A stretch of DNA of 64,000 nucleotides, from contig CADALB010000011.1 of assembly GCA_902788755.1 (NCBI GenBank), forward strand, positions 3,059-67,058. Reading direction: 5' to 3'. A model generated the notes under the pieces. It ran no database searches and was not told where the DNA came from. It saw only the letters and a list, made by a program, of their open reading frames with translations. A program made the position numbers and the translations under genes. Below are positions 1 to 8,556 of this stretch, in pieces. The stretch's first letter is position 1; each line of letters opens with the position of its first letter. Source of the stretch: an uncultured Lachnospiraceae bacterium (GTDB taxonomy: Bacteria; Bacillota; Clostridia; Lachnospirales; Lachnospiraceae).

Positions 1-822
1 AATATTTACCGGGGATGTACTCACGGTTGTATTTACTGTGACAGTAGGAGCAGGTGTTATCAGTTCACGCATTCTTTTGAAGATATTGAGGTAAAACAGA
101 ATGCACCTGAGCTCCTGGAAAAGGCACTGAAGGCGAAGAGGAAAAAGTGCATGATCGGAACAGGTGCGATGTCAGATCCGTATATGCACTGTGAAGAAAA
201 CTTAAGGCTGACAAGGCGATGCCTGGAGATTATTCTGGATAATGGTTTTGGAGTAGCTATTCAGACCAAATCTGACCGTATACTTCGGGATATTGATTTA
301 CTATCAGAGATTAACAAGTATGCAAAATGTGTGGTGCAGATGACTCTTACCACTTACGATGATGACCTGTGCCGGATATTGGAACCGAATGTCTGCAATA
401 CAAAAAGACGGATAGAAGTGCTGGAAGAAATGCGTAAGAATGATATTCCAACGATTGTCTGGCTTACGCCGATTCTGCCATTTATCAATGATACAGAGGA
501 TAATATTACGGCGATACTGAATGAATGCGTTCGGGTTGGAGTAAAAGGAATTATAGATTTTGGAATGGGGCTGACGCTTAGAGACGGCGACCGGGAATAT
601 TATTATGCAGCGCTTGATAAGTATTTTCCGGGAATGAAAGAACGCTACATCAGACGGTATGGGAATGCGTATGAACTGCCAAGCCCGAATGCAAAAGAAT
701 TGATGGGTCTATTCCAGAGAATCTGTAAGGACAATGGAATCCTGTCAACTCCGGATGAGTGCTTCGGATTTATGCAGGAACTGCCGGATAAGTATCCGCA
801 GATGAGTATATTTGACTTATAA
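1..822 (+). CDS. radical SAM protein, SplB/DNA-photolyase-like family (5' end outside window)
   Basis: Frame 1 is open from nt 1. NIYRGCTHGCIYCDSRSRCY carries the CxxxCxxC radical-SAM cluster motif and runs without a stop into the 151..822 track ORF. Stop TAA 820-822. Confidence 0.8.
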   Translation, partial: NIYRGCTHGCIYCDSRSRCYQFTHSFEDIEVKQNAPELLEKALKAKRKKCMIGTGAMSDPYMHCEENLRLTRRCLEIILDNGFGVAIQTKSDRILRDIDLLSEINKYAKCVVQMTLTTYDDDLCRILEPNVCNTKRRIEVLEEMRKNDIPTIVWLTPILPFINDTEDNITAILNECVRVGVKGIIDFGMGLTLRDGDREYYYAALDKYFPGMKERYIRRYGNAYELPSPNAKELMGLFQRICKDNGILSTPDECFGFMQELPDKYPQMSIFDL

Positions 823-839
823 AAAGGGAGGCTGAACAT

Positions 840-1586
840 ATGGAGTATATCAGAGTCACTAAGGATAATCTGGAAGAGGAACACATTTGCTGCGCTATTT
901 CCAACAATAAGGATGTACAGGTGTCTTCAAAGAAAGCCTGGCTGGCTGACAGGTTTGATGAAGGTCTTGTTTTTCTGAAGAGTGTGGAGCGGGGAAAGTG
1001 CTTTATCGAATATATCCCTGCGGAATACGCCTGGGTTCCTATAGAGGCGGAAGGGTATATGTACATTGATTGTTTGTGGGTGTCCGGATCTTTCAAAGGG
1101 CATGGTTATTCCACGGATCTGCTTACTGCCTGTATCGAGGATAGTAAAGGAAAAGGCAAGAAGGGGCTTTGTATTTTATGTGCAGCTAAGAAAAAGCCGT
1201 TTCTGGCTGATCCGAAATTTCTGAAATATAAGGGCTTTGCCGTCTCTGATGAGGCAGATAACGGTATCGGGCTCTGGTATTTGCCGTTTGATAAGAAAGC
1301 GGACACACCACGATTCAAAGAATGTGCCAAACATCCGCATATAGAAGAAAAGGGATATGTTTTGTATTATACGAGCCAATGTCCTTTTAATGCAAAGTAT
1401 GTTCCGATTCTGGAACAGACGGCTAAAGAGAATGCTATTCCGTTCCGGGCGATTCATATAGAGAGCAGGGATGAAGCACAGAATGCTCCTACTCCGAACA
1501 CGAATTATGCTCTGTTTCATGATGGTCAATATGTTACAAATGAGCAGATGAACGATAAGAAGTTCTTAAAGCTGGTCAATGGATAG
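840..1586 (+). CDS. GNAT-type acetyltransferase with YoaP-like C-terminal domain
   Basis: 248-aa ORF with AGGGAGG about 9 nt upstream of ATG 840. The N-terminal half is acetyltransferase-like (CLWVSGSFKGHGYSTDLL). The C-terminal half (YVLYYTSQCPFNAKYVP...) resembles the YoaP-like domain. Family assignment is from memory. Confidence 0.65.
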   Translation: MEYIRVTKDNLEEEHICCAISNNKDVQVSSKKAWLADRFDEGLVFLKSVERGKCFIEYIPAEYAWVPIEAEGYMYIDCLWVSGSFKGHGYSTDLLTACIEDSKGKGKKGLCILCAAKKKPFLADPKFLKYKGFAVSDEADNGIGLWYLPFDKKADTPRFKECAKHPHIEEKGYVLYYTSQCPFNAKYVPILEQTAKENAIPFRAIHIESRDEAQNAPTPNTNYALFHDGQYVTNEQMNDKKFLKLVNG

Positions 1587-1597
1587 GAGGAATCGAC

Positions 1598-1912
1598 ATG
1601 GCATCAACGAAAGAGTATCTGGACTTTGTCCTGGAGCAATTATCAGAATTGGATGAAGTCAGCAGTAGGGCGATGATGGGAGAATACATCCTTTATTATC
1701 GAGGAAAGGTGTTTGGTGGAATATATGATGACAGGCTTCTTGTAAAGCCAGTTCCGGCGGCGGTGGAACTGATGCCGGATGCAGAGCTGGAATTGCCTTA
1801 TGAAGGGGCGAAGGAGATGCTTATGGTCGATGATGTTGATAATCGGGCGTTCCTGTGTGAGCTGGTTCAGAGTATGTGGGAAGAACTGCCGGAGAAGAAA
1901 AAGAAGAAGTAA
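1598..1912 (+). CDS. TfoX/Sxy N-terminal domain protein
   Basis: 104 aa, with GGAGG upstream of the ATG. KEYLDFVLEQL...AMMGEYILYYRGKVFGGIYDDRLLVKP is typical of TfoX N-terminal domains. Confidence 0.7.
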   Translation: MASTKEYLDFVLEQLSELDEVSSRAMMGEYILYYRGKVFGGIYDDRLLVKPVPAAVELMPDAELELPYEGAKEMLMVDDVDNRAFLCELVQSMWEELPEKKKKK

Positions 1913-1913
1913 G

Positions 1914-2237
1914 ATTGAAGTAGGCATTTATACAAGAGACTATGAGAATGAGTTTATATCATTAACCGACATAGCGAAGAAAAGGGAAGGAGAGTATCCG
2001 GGATATGTTATACAAAACTGGATGCGAAACAGAAGTGTAATATCCTTTATTGGCCTATGGGAGGCATTGCATAATCAGTATTTTAATTGCCTCGAATTCG
2101 AGACAATTAAAAAAGAGGCTGGTGATAACGGATTCGTTATGACTCCAAAGAGATGGATTGAATCGACGGGAGAGGAAGTTTTGGAGGCCATCAGTTTTCA
2201 GGAACAGTATTTTATGGGAGAGTTGCACACACTATGA
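1914..2237 (+). pseudogene. KilA-N domain gene remnant (no canonical start, truncated C-terminus)
   Basis: Only the part of track ORF 1779..2237 downstream of the TfoX stop is family-like: ISLTDIAKK...NWMRNRSVISFIGLWEALHN..FN.LEFE..KKEAGDNGFVMTPKRWIESTG. There is no ATG/GTG/TTG start after nt 1912. The sequence diverges and stops about 100 aa in, whereas I recall full-length family members being much longer. Confidence 0.45.
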
Positions 2238-2680
2238 TTCGTGAAGCGAAAAGAGAAGATTTAACTGAGCTGCTTGAATTGTATCTGTATTTACATGAAG
2301 ACAGCATTCCGGAAATGAATAGTCACCTTGAAGAAACGTGGGAGCAGATAATCGGCGATCCGAATCATCATCTGATTATCTGTGAAGTTGATGGAAAAAT
2401 AGTTTCATCATGCGTGTGCGTGATCATACCGAATCTGACCAGAAACGTGAGACCATACGCATTTGTCGAGAATGTGGTGACACATACGGATCATCGTGGA
2501 AAGGGTTACGCGACGGAATGTCTGGATTTTGCTAAGAAAATAGCTGAGCAGGAGAATTGTTATAAAATGATGCTCCTTACCGGGTCAAAGAAACCGGAGA
2601 CGCTGCATTTTTATGAGCATGCCGGGTATAACAGCAGTGATAAGACAGCTTTCATACAGTGGATAGGGATGGATAAGTAA
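2234..2680 (+). CDS. GNAT family N-acetyltransferase
   Basis: 148 aa. The acetyl-CoA binding region VVTHTDHRGKGYATECLDFAKK and the C-terminal FYEHAGY motif are typical of GNAT proteins. Confidence 0.85.
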   Translation: MIREAKREDLTELLELYLYLHEDSIPEMNSHLEETWEQIIGDPNHHLIICEVDGKIVSSCVCVIIPNLTRNVRPYAFVENVVTHTDHRGKGYATECLDFAKKIAEQENCYKMMLLTGSKKPETLHFYEHAGYNSSDKTAFIQWIGMDK

Positions 2681-2744
2681 TCAATGAAACCAAGAATGCC
2701 TTAGGTTGGGGACTCAACCAGAGGTAGAGTTGTATGAAATCAAC

Positions 2745-2776
2745 CTGTGGTTCGTGTCAAACCACAGTGCTTTTAG
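2745..2776 (+). terminator. candidate intrinsic terminator after the GNAT gene
   Basis: Perfect 8-bp stem CTGTGGTT / AACCACAG with a 7-nt loop, followed by TGCTTTTAG (short T tract). Confidence 0.45.
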
Positions 2777-2807
2777 TTATGCTGGGCTATGAAAGGAGGT
2801 GCCCGAT

Positions 2808-3422
2808 ATGGATCAAAACAAAATCGGAAAATTCATAGCATCCTGTCGTAAGGAACAGGGCATGACGCAGGCTGTCCTTGCGGAGAGACTCGGAATCAGT
2901 GACCGGGCTGTTTCGAAGTGGGAGACCGGAAAGTCGCTGCCGGATTCCGGGATTATGCTGGAACTGTGCGGGCTTCTGAAAATTAATGTCAACGAGCTCC
3001 TGTCGGGCGAAAGAATCATGGCAGAATCTTATGATAAGCGGGCAGAAGAAAACCTGCTGGCAATGAAACGAGAGGTTGAAGAAAAGAACAGACAGATGCT
3101 TAGGACGGAATACTGGATTTCGTTTCCGACCGTAATTGCCGGGCTGGTCATGGCGTTTGTAGCTTCATATATAGAGATGCCGGTTTGGCTGCGAATCGTA
3201 CTTATCGTATTCGTTTTTGTGATGATATTTACGGTCGCTTTTATCGCTGTTGGCATTGAGCAAAAGGCTGGATATTATGAATGTCAGCATTGTCATCACA
3301 GGTATGTACCCACCTATTGGCAGACAAATCTTGCTATGCATATGGGAAGGACAAGATACATGAAATGTCCTGAGTGTGGGAAAAGAAGCTGGCAGAAAAA
3401 AGTTTTAACAAAAGAAGATTAA
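2808..3422 (+). CDS. membrane-anchored XRE-family HTH regulator with C-terminal zinc ribbon
   Basis: AGGAGG lies 8 nt upstream of ATG 2808, so I prefer this start over the GTG 2799 of the track. HTH MTQAVLAERLGISDRAVSKWETG, two hydrophobic helices, then CQHC...CPEC cysteine pairs. Confidence 0.8.
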   Translation: MDQNKIGKFIASCRKEQGMTQAVLAERLGISDRAVSKWETGKSLPDSGIMLELCGLLKINVNELLSGERIMAESYDKRAEENLLAMKREVEEKNRQMLRTEYWISFPTVIAGLVMAFVASYIEMPVWLRIVLIVFVFVMIFTVAFIAVGIEQKAGYYECQHCHHRYVPTYWQTNLAMHMGRTRYMKCPECGKRSWQKKVLTKED

Positions 3423-3452
3423 TCCAGCGTAGGGGATAGAAAGGAATAGCGT

Positions 3453-4124
3453 ATGGATGCAAAGCTGTTTTGTCAGGCAATCTCTAAGTTTATAATCGGA
3501 CTCGTTATGGTGGGAGTTCTGATTTTTCTTCCGGCAGGTTCATTTATGTATTGGCAGGGCTGGCTGTTAATAGGGATATTGTTTGTCCCCATGTTTATAG
3601 CCGGGCTTATTATGATGAAGAAGAGTCCGGAACTATTGCGTAAGAGACTCAATGTAAAGGAAGAAGAAACAGAGCAGAAAACCGTGATTATGCTGAGCGG
3701 AATTATGTTTCTTGCGGCATTTGTAGTTGCGGGACTTAATTTCCGGTTTGGCTGGATCGTGCTTCCGGAGTGGGTCTCATATGCGGGTGCCATCATCTTT
3801 CTTGCAGCGTATGCACTTTATGCTGAGGTATTGAGAGAAAATGCATATCTTTCAAGGACGGTTGAGGTGCAGCAGGATCAGAAGGTGATAGATACGGGGT
3901 TATACGGAGTTGTACGACATCCGATGTATATGAGCACCTTGCTTCTGTTTCTGGCGATGCCCTTAGTACTCGGTTCAATCATCTCATTTGTTATAACGCT
4001 TGCGTACATTCCTATCATTGCCAAGCGGATAGGAAACGAAGAAAAGGTGTTGGAGGACGGTCTCCCCGGTTATGCAGAGTACAAGAATAAAGTAAAGCGG
4101 AAGGTAGTGCCGTTTATATGGTAG
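3453..4124 (+). CDS. isoprenylcysteine carboxyl methyltransferase (ICMT/PEMT) family membrane protein
   Basis: Polytopic membrane protein with the family signature GLYGVVRHPMYMSTLLLFLAMPLVLGS. Confidence 0.75.
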   Translation: MDAKLFCQAISKFIIGLVMVGVLIFLPAGSFMYWQGWLLIGILFVPMFIAGLIMMKKSPELLRKRLNVKEEETEQKTVIMLSGIMFLAAFVVAGLNFRFGWIVLPEWVSYAGAIIFLAAYALYAEVLRENAYLSRTVEVQQDQKVIDTGLYGVVRHPMYMSTLLLFLAMPLVLGSIISFVITLAYIPIIAKRIGNEEKVLEDGLPGYAEYKNKVKRKVVPFIW

Positions 4125-4643
4125 TTATACACGATATTTACGATATCTTCCGTACAGGATACCATCGTCCAGATACTGGTCGGTTTCCGATACCCACATA
4201 GGGAACTTTCCGGTGGAAAGAGCAGTCTGTCCGTTTAGCATACCGGTATGGAAGGACAGGTGTCTGTATTGTCGAAGCACAAGTTCTAAACGGGTGTATT
4301 TACACTTTGGCGGCCTTTCATAAAGCATTTGGTCTGTCAGGGTATCCAGGTAATCAAGAGTCTTTTTTTCAATCGAATCAAGATAAGAAAGCAGTTCCTC
4401 ATCCGAAAGTATAACATCACACGGATTATCGGGATTATCCAATCCTTCTACATGGAAGGGAGGTTCTTCATAATCAAAAGGGTTGATAAACCATTTGTCA
4501 GCAGAGTGCAGTGCGTGATATGCCCAGCGCCAGCAAGGCGCACCAAGGCAATCGGCATCACGGTCATATGCCCGTATAGAAGTTCTGATATTCAGGAAAT
4601 TCGGCAATACCGTATCTTTGATGATCATACATAACTCATTCAT
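4125..4643 (-). CDS. DinB-like superfamily protein (tentative)
   Basis: 172-aa ORF with GGAGG upstream on the minus strand. Histidine-containing helices (HALHSADKW, YRHLSFHTGML) are compatible with the DinB four-helix fold. The stop abuts the convergent gene with zero spacer. Confidence 0.5.
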   Translation of the reverse strand: MNELCMIIKDTVLPNFLNIRTSIRAYDRDADCLGAPCWRWAYHALHSADKWFINPFDYEEPPFHVEGLDNPDNPCDVILSDEELLSYLDSIEKKTLDYLDTLTDQMLYERPPKCKYTRLELVLRQYRHLSFHTGMLNGQTALSTGKFPMWVSETDQYLDDGILYGRYRKYRV

Positions 4644-4778
4644 TTGTGATTCCTCCTTGCATCATATTGTTTCTAAACGTATAATAACCTCAAAATCAAT
4701 ATCAGTAAAATTGAAATAAATAATATTAACATTCGAAATTTGTGAATAATAATCTTTGTGTGTTGAAGGAACCGTAGT

Positions 4779-5654
4779 ATGACGATCACACAGTTAAATA
4801 CATTTTTGAAAATCACGGAACAAGGCAGCTTCTCGGCAGCAGCTAACAGTCTTGGGTATGCGCAGTCTACGGTAACAACCCAGATTAAGCAATTGGAAGA
4901 TGAACTTGACTGTCAACTTTTTGACAGACTGGGTAAGACGATCATACCTACTCCGCAGGGGAAAAGACTTATTGCTTATGCGGAAAAAATACTTCAACTG
5001 GAAAGGGAAATCCATCTTGAGGTATCAGATGAGGAAGAACCGACAGGTATTTTAAAGATAGGTGTATCCGAGTCGTTATGTTACAATCGAATTCCTGAGT
5101 TTCTGATGGAATATAATAAAAGAGTTCCGGGTATAGAGATTCAGCTTACATTTATCACACATGATACATTCCCGGATATGCTGCAAAAAGGTGAGTTGGA
5201 TTTGGTATACACACTGAATCCCGAAATGGAAGATGAAAGACTCACTATGCTGTATAAGAAAGAAGAAGCACTTAGCTTCTTTGTCTCTCCAGATCATCCG
5301 CTGGTTGGGAAAAAGATTACAGAAAAGGATTTGGAGGGTTATCCATTGCTTTTAACAGGTCATAATTGCAGCTTCAGACAAATGCTTCTTTCCGATCTGT
5401 CAAAATGTGGCGTTGAGCCCAAGCCGTTTCTTGAAACAAGCAGCAAGGAAGTGCTGAAGCAATTTGCGTCTAACGGCCTGGGAGTTGCTTTTATTCCGGA
5501 TATGACTGCAGATAAGGAAATGAAAAAAGGAATGCTAAAAAAACTGGATTGGAAAGGAAAGAACTTCCAGATCTACTCACAGATATTCATACACAAAGAT
5601 AAGCATATAGGTAAAGCAATCAGCAGTCTGGTGGATATTATAAAAAGTTCCTGA
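4779..5654 (+). CDS. LysR family transcriptional regulator
   Basis: N-terminal HTH FSAAANSLGYAQSTVTTQIKQLEDEL and a LysR substrate-binding domain architecture; 291 aa. Confidence 0.9.
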   Translation: MTITQLNTFLKITEQGSFSAAANSLGYAQSTVTTQIKQLEDELDCQLFDRLGKTIIPTPQGKRLIAYAEKILQLEREIHLEVSDEEEPTGILKIGVSESLCYNRIPEFLMEYNKRVPGIEIQLTFITHDTFPDMLQKGELDLVYTLNPEMEDERLTMLYKKEEALSFFVSPDHPLVGKKITEKDLEGYPLLLTGHNCSFRQMLLSDLSKCGVEPKPFLETSSKEVLKQFASNGLGVAFIPDMTADKEMKKGMLKKLDWKGKNFQIYSQIFIHKDKHIGKAISSLVDIIKSS

Positions 5655-5669
5655 AGTTGAGACTAATCT

Positions 5670-6605
5670 ATGATCATTAATACCGGACAAAGAACTGACA
5701 TACCGGCATTTTATGCCGAGTGGTTCGCGGGCAGAATAAAGGAAGGCTTTGTCTGCGTCCGCAACCCTTACAATCCAAGCCAGGTGAGCAAATACAGGCT
5801 GGACCCTTCTCTTGTGGATGTGATAGGATTTTGTACCAAAAATCCCTCACCCATTTTTCCGTACATGGATTTAATAAAAGATTTCGGCCAATACTGGTTC
5901 GTAACCCTGACACCTTACGGACGGGATATTGAGCCGAATGTTCCGGACAAGCACAGACTGATGGATGATTTTAAAACATTATCCGGAATGGTCGGAGCAG
6001 ATGCAATCGTATGGAGATATGATCCGATCTTCTTATCTGACAAATACACGGCAGACTATCATTTGAGGGCTTTTAGACAGATAGCGGAAAATCTGAAGGG
6101 ATATACGAAAGCGGTGGTGATAAGCTTTATTGATTTATACCCGAAAGTAAGAAAGAATTTTCCTGAAGCAAGAGAGGTTTCGCAAGCCGACCGTTTAACG
6201 ATTGGAAAAGAGATCATAAATATTGCAAAGGAATGCCAAATGACCGTGAAGCCTTGTGCGGAAGGTAATGAACTTGCAGTGTATGGGGCTGACTGCAGCG
6301 GATGTATGAAGATCAGTGATTACGAAAAGGCAATTGGGAAGAAACTGATCGCGCCCAAGAAGAAGGAAGCAAGAGCGGAGTGTGCCTGTTACCTTGCTTG
6401 TGATATAGGAGCTTATAATACCTGTATGCACCTTTGTAAATATTGCTATGCAAATGCAGAGCCGGCGGTAATATATGCCCAGAATAGACTCCACGATCCT
6501 GCTTCTCCGTTTCTTATCGGTAATTACATGGATGGGGATAAAGTGCATGAGGTTCCGCAAAAATCATGGATAGACCCCCAGGAGAGTCTCTTGATTTGTA
6601 TGTAA
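5670..6605 (+). CDS. DUF1848 domain protein
   Basis: MIINTGQRTDIPAFYAEWFAGRIKEGF start and the C-terminal cysteine cluster CACYLACDIGAYNTCMHLCKYCYAN match my memory of DUF1848 proteins. Confidence 0.7.
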   Translation: MIINTGQRTDIPAFYAEWFAGRIKEGFVCVRNPYNPSQVSKYRLDPSLVDVIGFCTKNPSPIFPYMDLIKDFGQYWFVTLTPYGRDIEPNVPDKHRLMDDFKTLSGMVGADAIVWRYDPIFLSDKYTADYHLRAFRQIAENLKGYTKAVVISFIDLYPKVRKNFPEAREVSQADRLTIGKEIINIAKECQMTVKPCAEGNELAVYGADCSGCMKISDYEKAIGKKLIAPKKKEARAECACYLACDIGAYNTCMHLCKYCYANAEPAVIYAQNRLHDPASPFLIGNYMDGDKVHEVPQKSWIDPQESLLICM

Positions 6606-6651
6606 TGATTCTATATAATATAAGGACCTATCGAATCAAGAGGATCCCTGA

Positions 6652-8520
6652 ATGAACATTGAACTTCAATGTTGTGCATTGTTTATCATTTTTACGATCA
6701 CGGTCATGTTTCTTCGCGAGAAGAAGCTTGATTTGATGAATCGTAAACTCTTTTTCCGTGCAATTTGTGCGTGCTTTGCATGTCTTATATTTGATATTCT
6801 GTCAGTTATTCTGATCAATATGTCCGTTTTTCGCGGATTCAGTCCATTCATAACAAGCATTGTCTGTAAACTGTATATAATGCTTCTTGTTCTTCAAGGG
6901 TATTTCGGATATGTTTATGCTTCCACGAGTCTGCTTCCCCGGGACAAGACTTGGGCGAAGGTTGCAAGAATTTTTTCGCATATGATTTTCGGTGTAGGTG
7001 AGCTGCTAATGCTTGTTCTTCCCATCGAATTTACGGCATATGAACGTATAGTTTATTCGTACGGTCCTTCCACATCTGTTGCTTATGCACTTTCAGCTGT
7101 ATATATTCTGGCTACGATCGCTATAACAATAGCATACAGGAAAGAGATGCCCGGCAGAAGATTCATGGCAATGCTTCTGTGGCAGGGTATATGGCTTCTT
7201 GCTGCTGCCATACAGTTTATTGATCCTGAACTTCTGCTTGTAGGCTTTGCTTCCTCATTCGGTATGGTAATCCTATACATCCAGCTGGAAAATCCGAGTG
7301 AATTCATTGACTCATCCACAGGATTGTTTACAACAAATGCACTTTCGGCATATGTGCATGACAAATACAGATTCGGCAAACGATTTTCCATGTTTACCGC
7401 AAAGATTCATTTCCTGACCAACTATGTCGATTACAACATGGAGCATGATGCGGTTATACGTACTGCCCGTGCACTTGTAGCACTCGGCCCCGAGCCGGCG
7501 TTTCGTATAGATGATGATACATTCTGTGTGCTCTATGATGACAGGGACAGGATGTTTGAGAAGGCTGCAAATATCAAAATGCAAAAGGATGGTGTTACCG
7601 ATATTCCTGCGAAAGGTACATATCTTCTGATTCCCGACAGCCTTGAGATGAGCGGACCGGATGAATTCTTCCGCTTTCTTCATACTTATCTTGAAAGCGA
7701 ACAGGAAATTGTCATTGCCAATGAGGAACTTGTTCAGAAGCTCAGGGAACAGAACAGGATAAAAGAACTGATAGAAGATGCACTCAAAAACGACAGGGTT
7801 GAGGTCTTCTACCAGCCTTTTTACAACGTTAAGGAATCGCGATTCAACGTTGCTGAGGCTCTTGTGCGCATTAGGCGTGAGGACGGAGGCTTAGTACCTC
7901 CCGGAGAGTTTATTCCTATTGCCGAAGAGAGTGGTCAGATCATTCCTCTGGGTATACGTGTATTTGAGAAAGTATGTAAGTTCCTGTCAAAAGGAGAGGC
8001 ACAGAAGTTCGGCCTGGAACAGATTGAGATTAATATTTCCGCCGCACAGTTTGATTACGAGAACCCTGCTAAGTTTATTTTTGATTATATCAAGCAATAC
8101 AAGATAGACCCGAAGTGGATCAATTTGGAGATAACGGAAACAGCCGCTGCCCAGAACAGGGATATAATGATCCGTAATATGATGCGTCTTATAGAAAAGG
8201 AAGTAACTTTTTCACTAGATGATTTCGGCACGGGCCGCTCCAACATAGATTACTTTGTAAATATGCCTGTTAAGACTATCAAATTTGACTATACATTTAC
8301 CAGAAGCTTCTTCAACAATGAGAAAACAAAACATGTGCTGACGGGTATGGTTGATATTCTGCACAAGATCGGTATGGATGTTGTTGCCGAAGGAATCGAG
8401 ACAAAAGAGCAGATGACGGTTATGCAGGATATGGGAGTTGAGTATATACAGGGCTTTTACTATTCAAAGCCGATTCCCGAAGATGAATTCCTCTCTTTCC
8501 TTGCGGGAAAAAACAGATAA
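6652..8520 (+). CDS. membrane EAL-domain protein (c-di-GMP phosphodiesterase) with degenerate GGDEF-like middle domain
   Basis: About 6 N-terminal TM helices. RIDDDTFCVL occupies the position of R.GGDEF..L. EAL signatures: EALVRI, DDFGTG, QGFYYSKP. Confidence 0.85.
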   Translation: MNIELQCCALFIIFTITVMFLREKKLDLMNRKLFFRAICACFACLIFDILSVILINMSVFRGFSPFITSIVCKLYIMLLVLQGYFGYVYASTSLLPRDKTWAKVARIFSHMIFGVGELLMLVLPIEFTAYERIVYSYGPSTSVAYALSAVYILATIAITIAYRKEMPGRRFMAMLLWQGIWLLAAAIQFIDPELLLVGFASSFGMVILYIQLENPSEFIDSSTGLFTTNALSAYVHDKYRFGKRFSMFTAKIHFLTNYVDYNMEHDAVIRTARALVALGPEPAFRIDDDTFCVLYDDRDRMFEKAANIKMQKDGVTDIPAKGTYLLIPDSLEMSGPDEFFRFLHTYLESEQEIVIANEELVQKLREQNRIKELIEDALKNDRVEVFYQPFYNVKESRFNVAEALVRIRREDGGLVPPGEFIPIAEESGQIIPLGIRVFEKVCKFLSKGEAQKFGLEQIEINISAAQFDYENPAKFIFDYIKQYKIDPKWINLEITETAAAQNRDIMIRNMMRLIEKEVTFSLDDFGTGRSNIDYFVNMPVKTIKFDYTFTRSFFNNEKTKHVLTGMVDILHKIGMDVVAEGIETKEQMTVMQDMGVEYIQGFYYSKPIPEDEFLSFLAGKNR

Positions 8521-8556
8521 ATAGACTTGAAGAAATATTGTTTTAAAGGGTATGGA

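Noticed and set aside
1779-2237. 152-aa track ORF treated as an intact gene
   Set aside because: Its first 44 codons overlap the TfoX gene in another frame and are Arg/Cys-rich nonsense. Only the downstream part is KilA-N-like, so I annotate it as a remnant.
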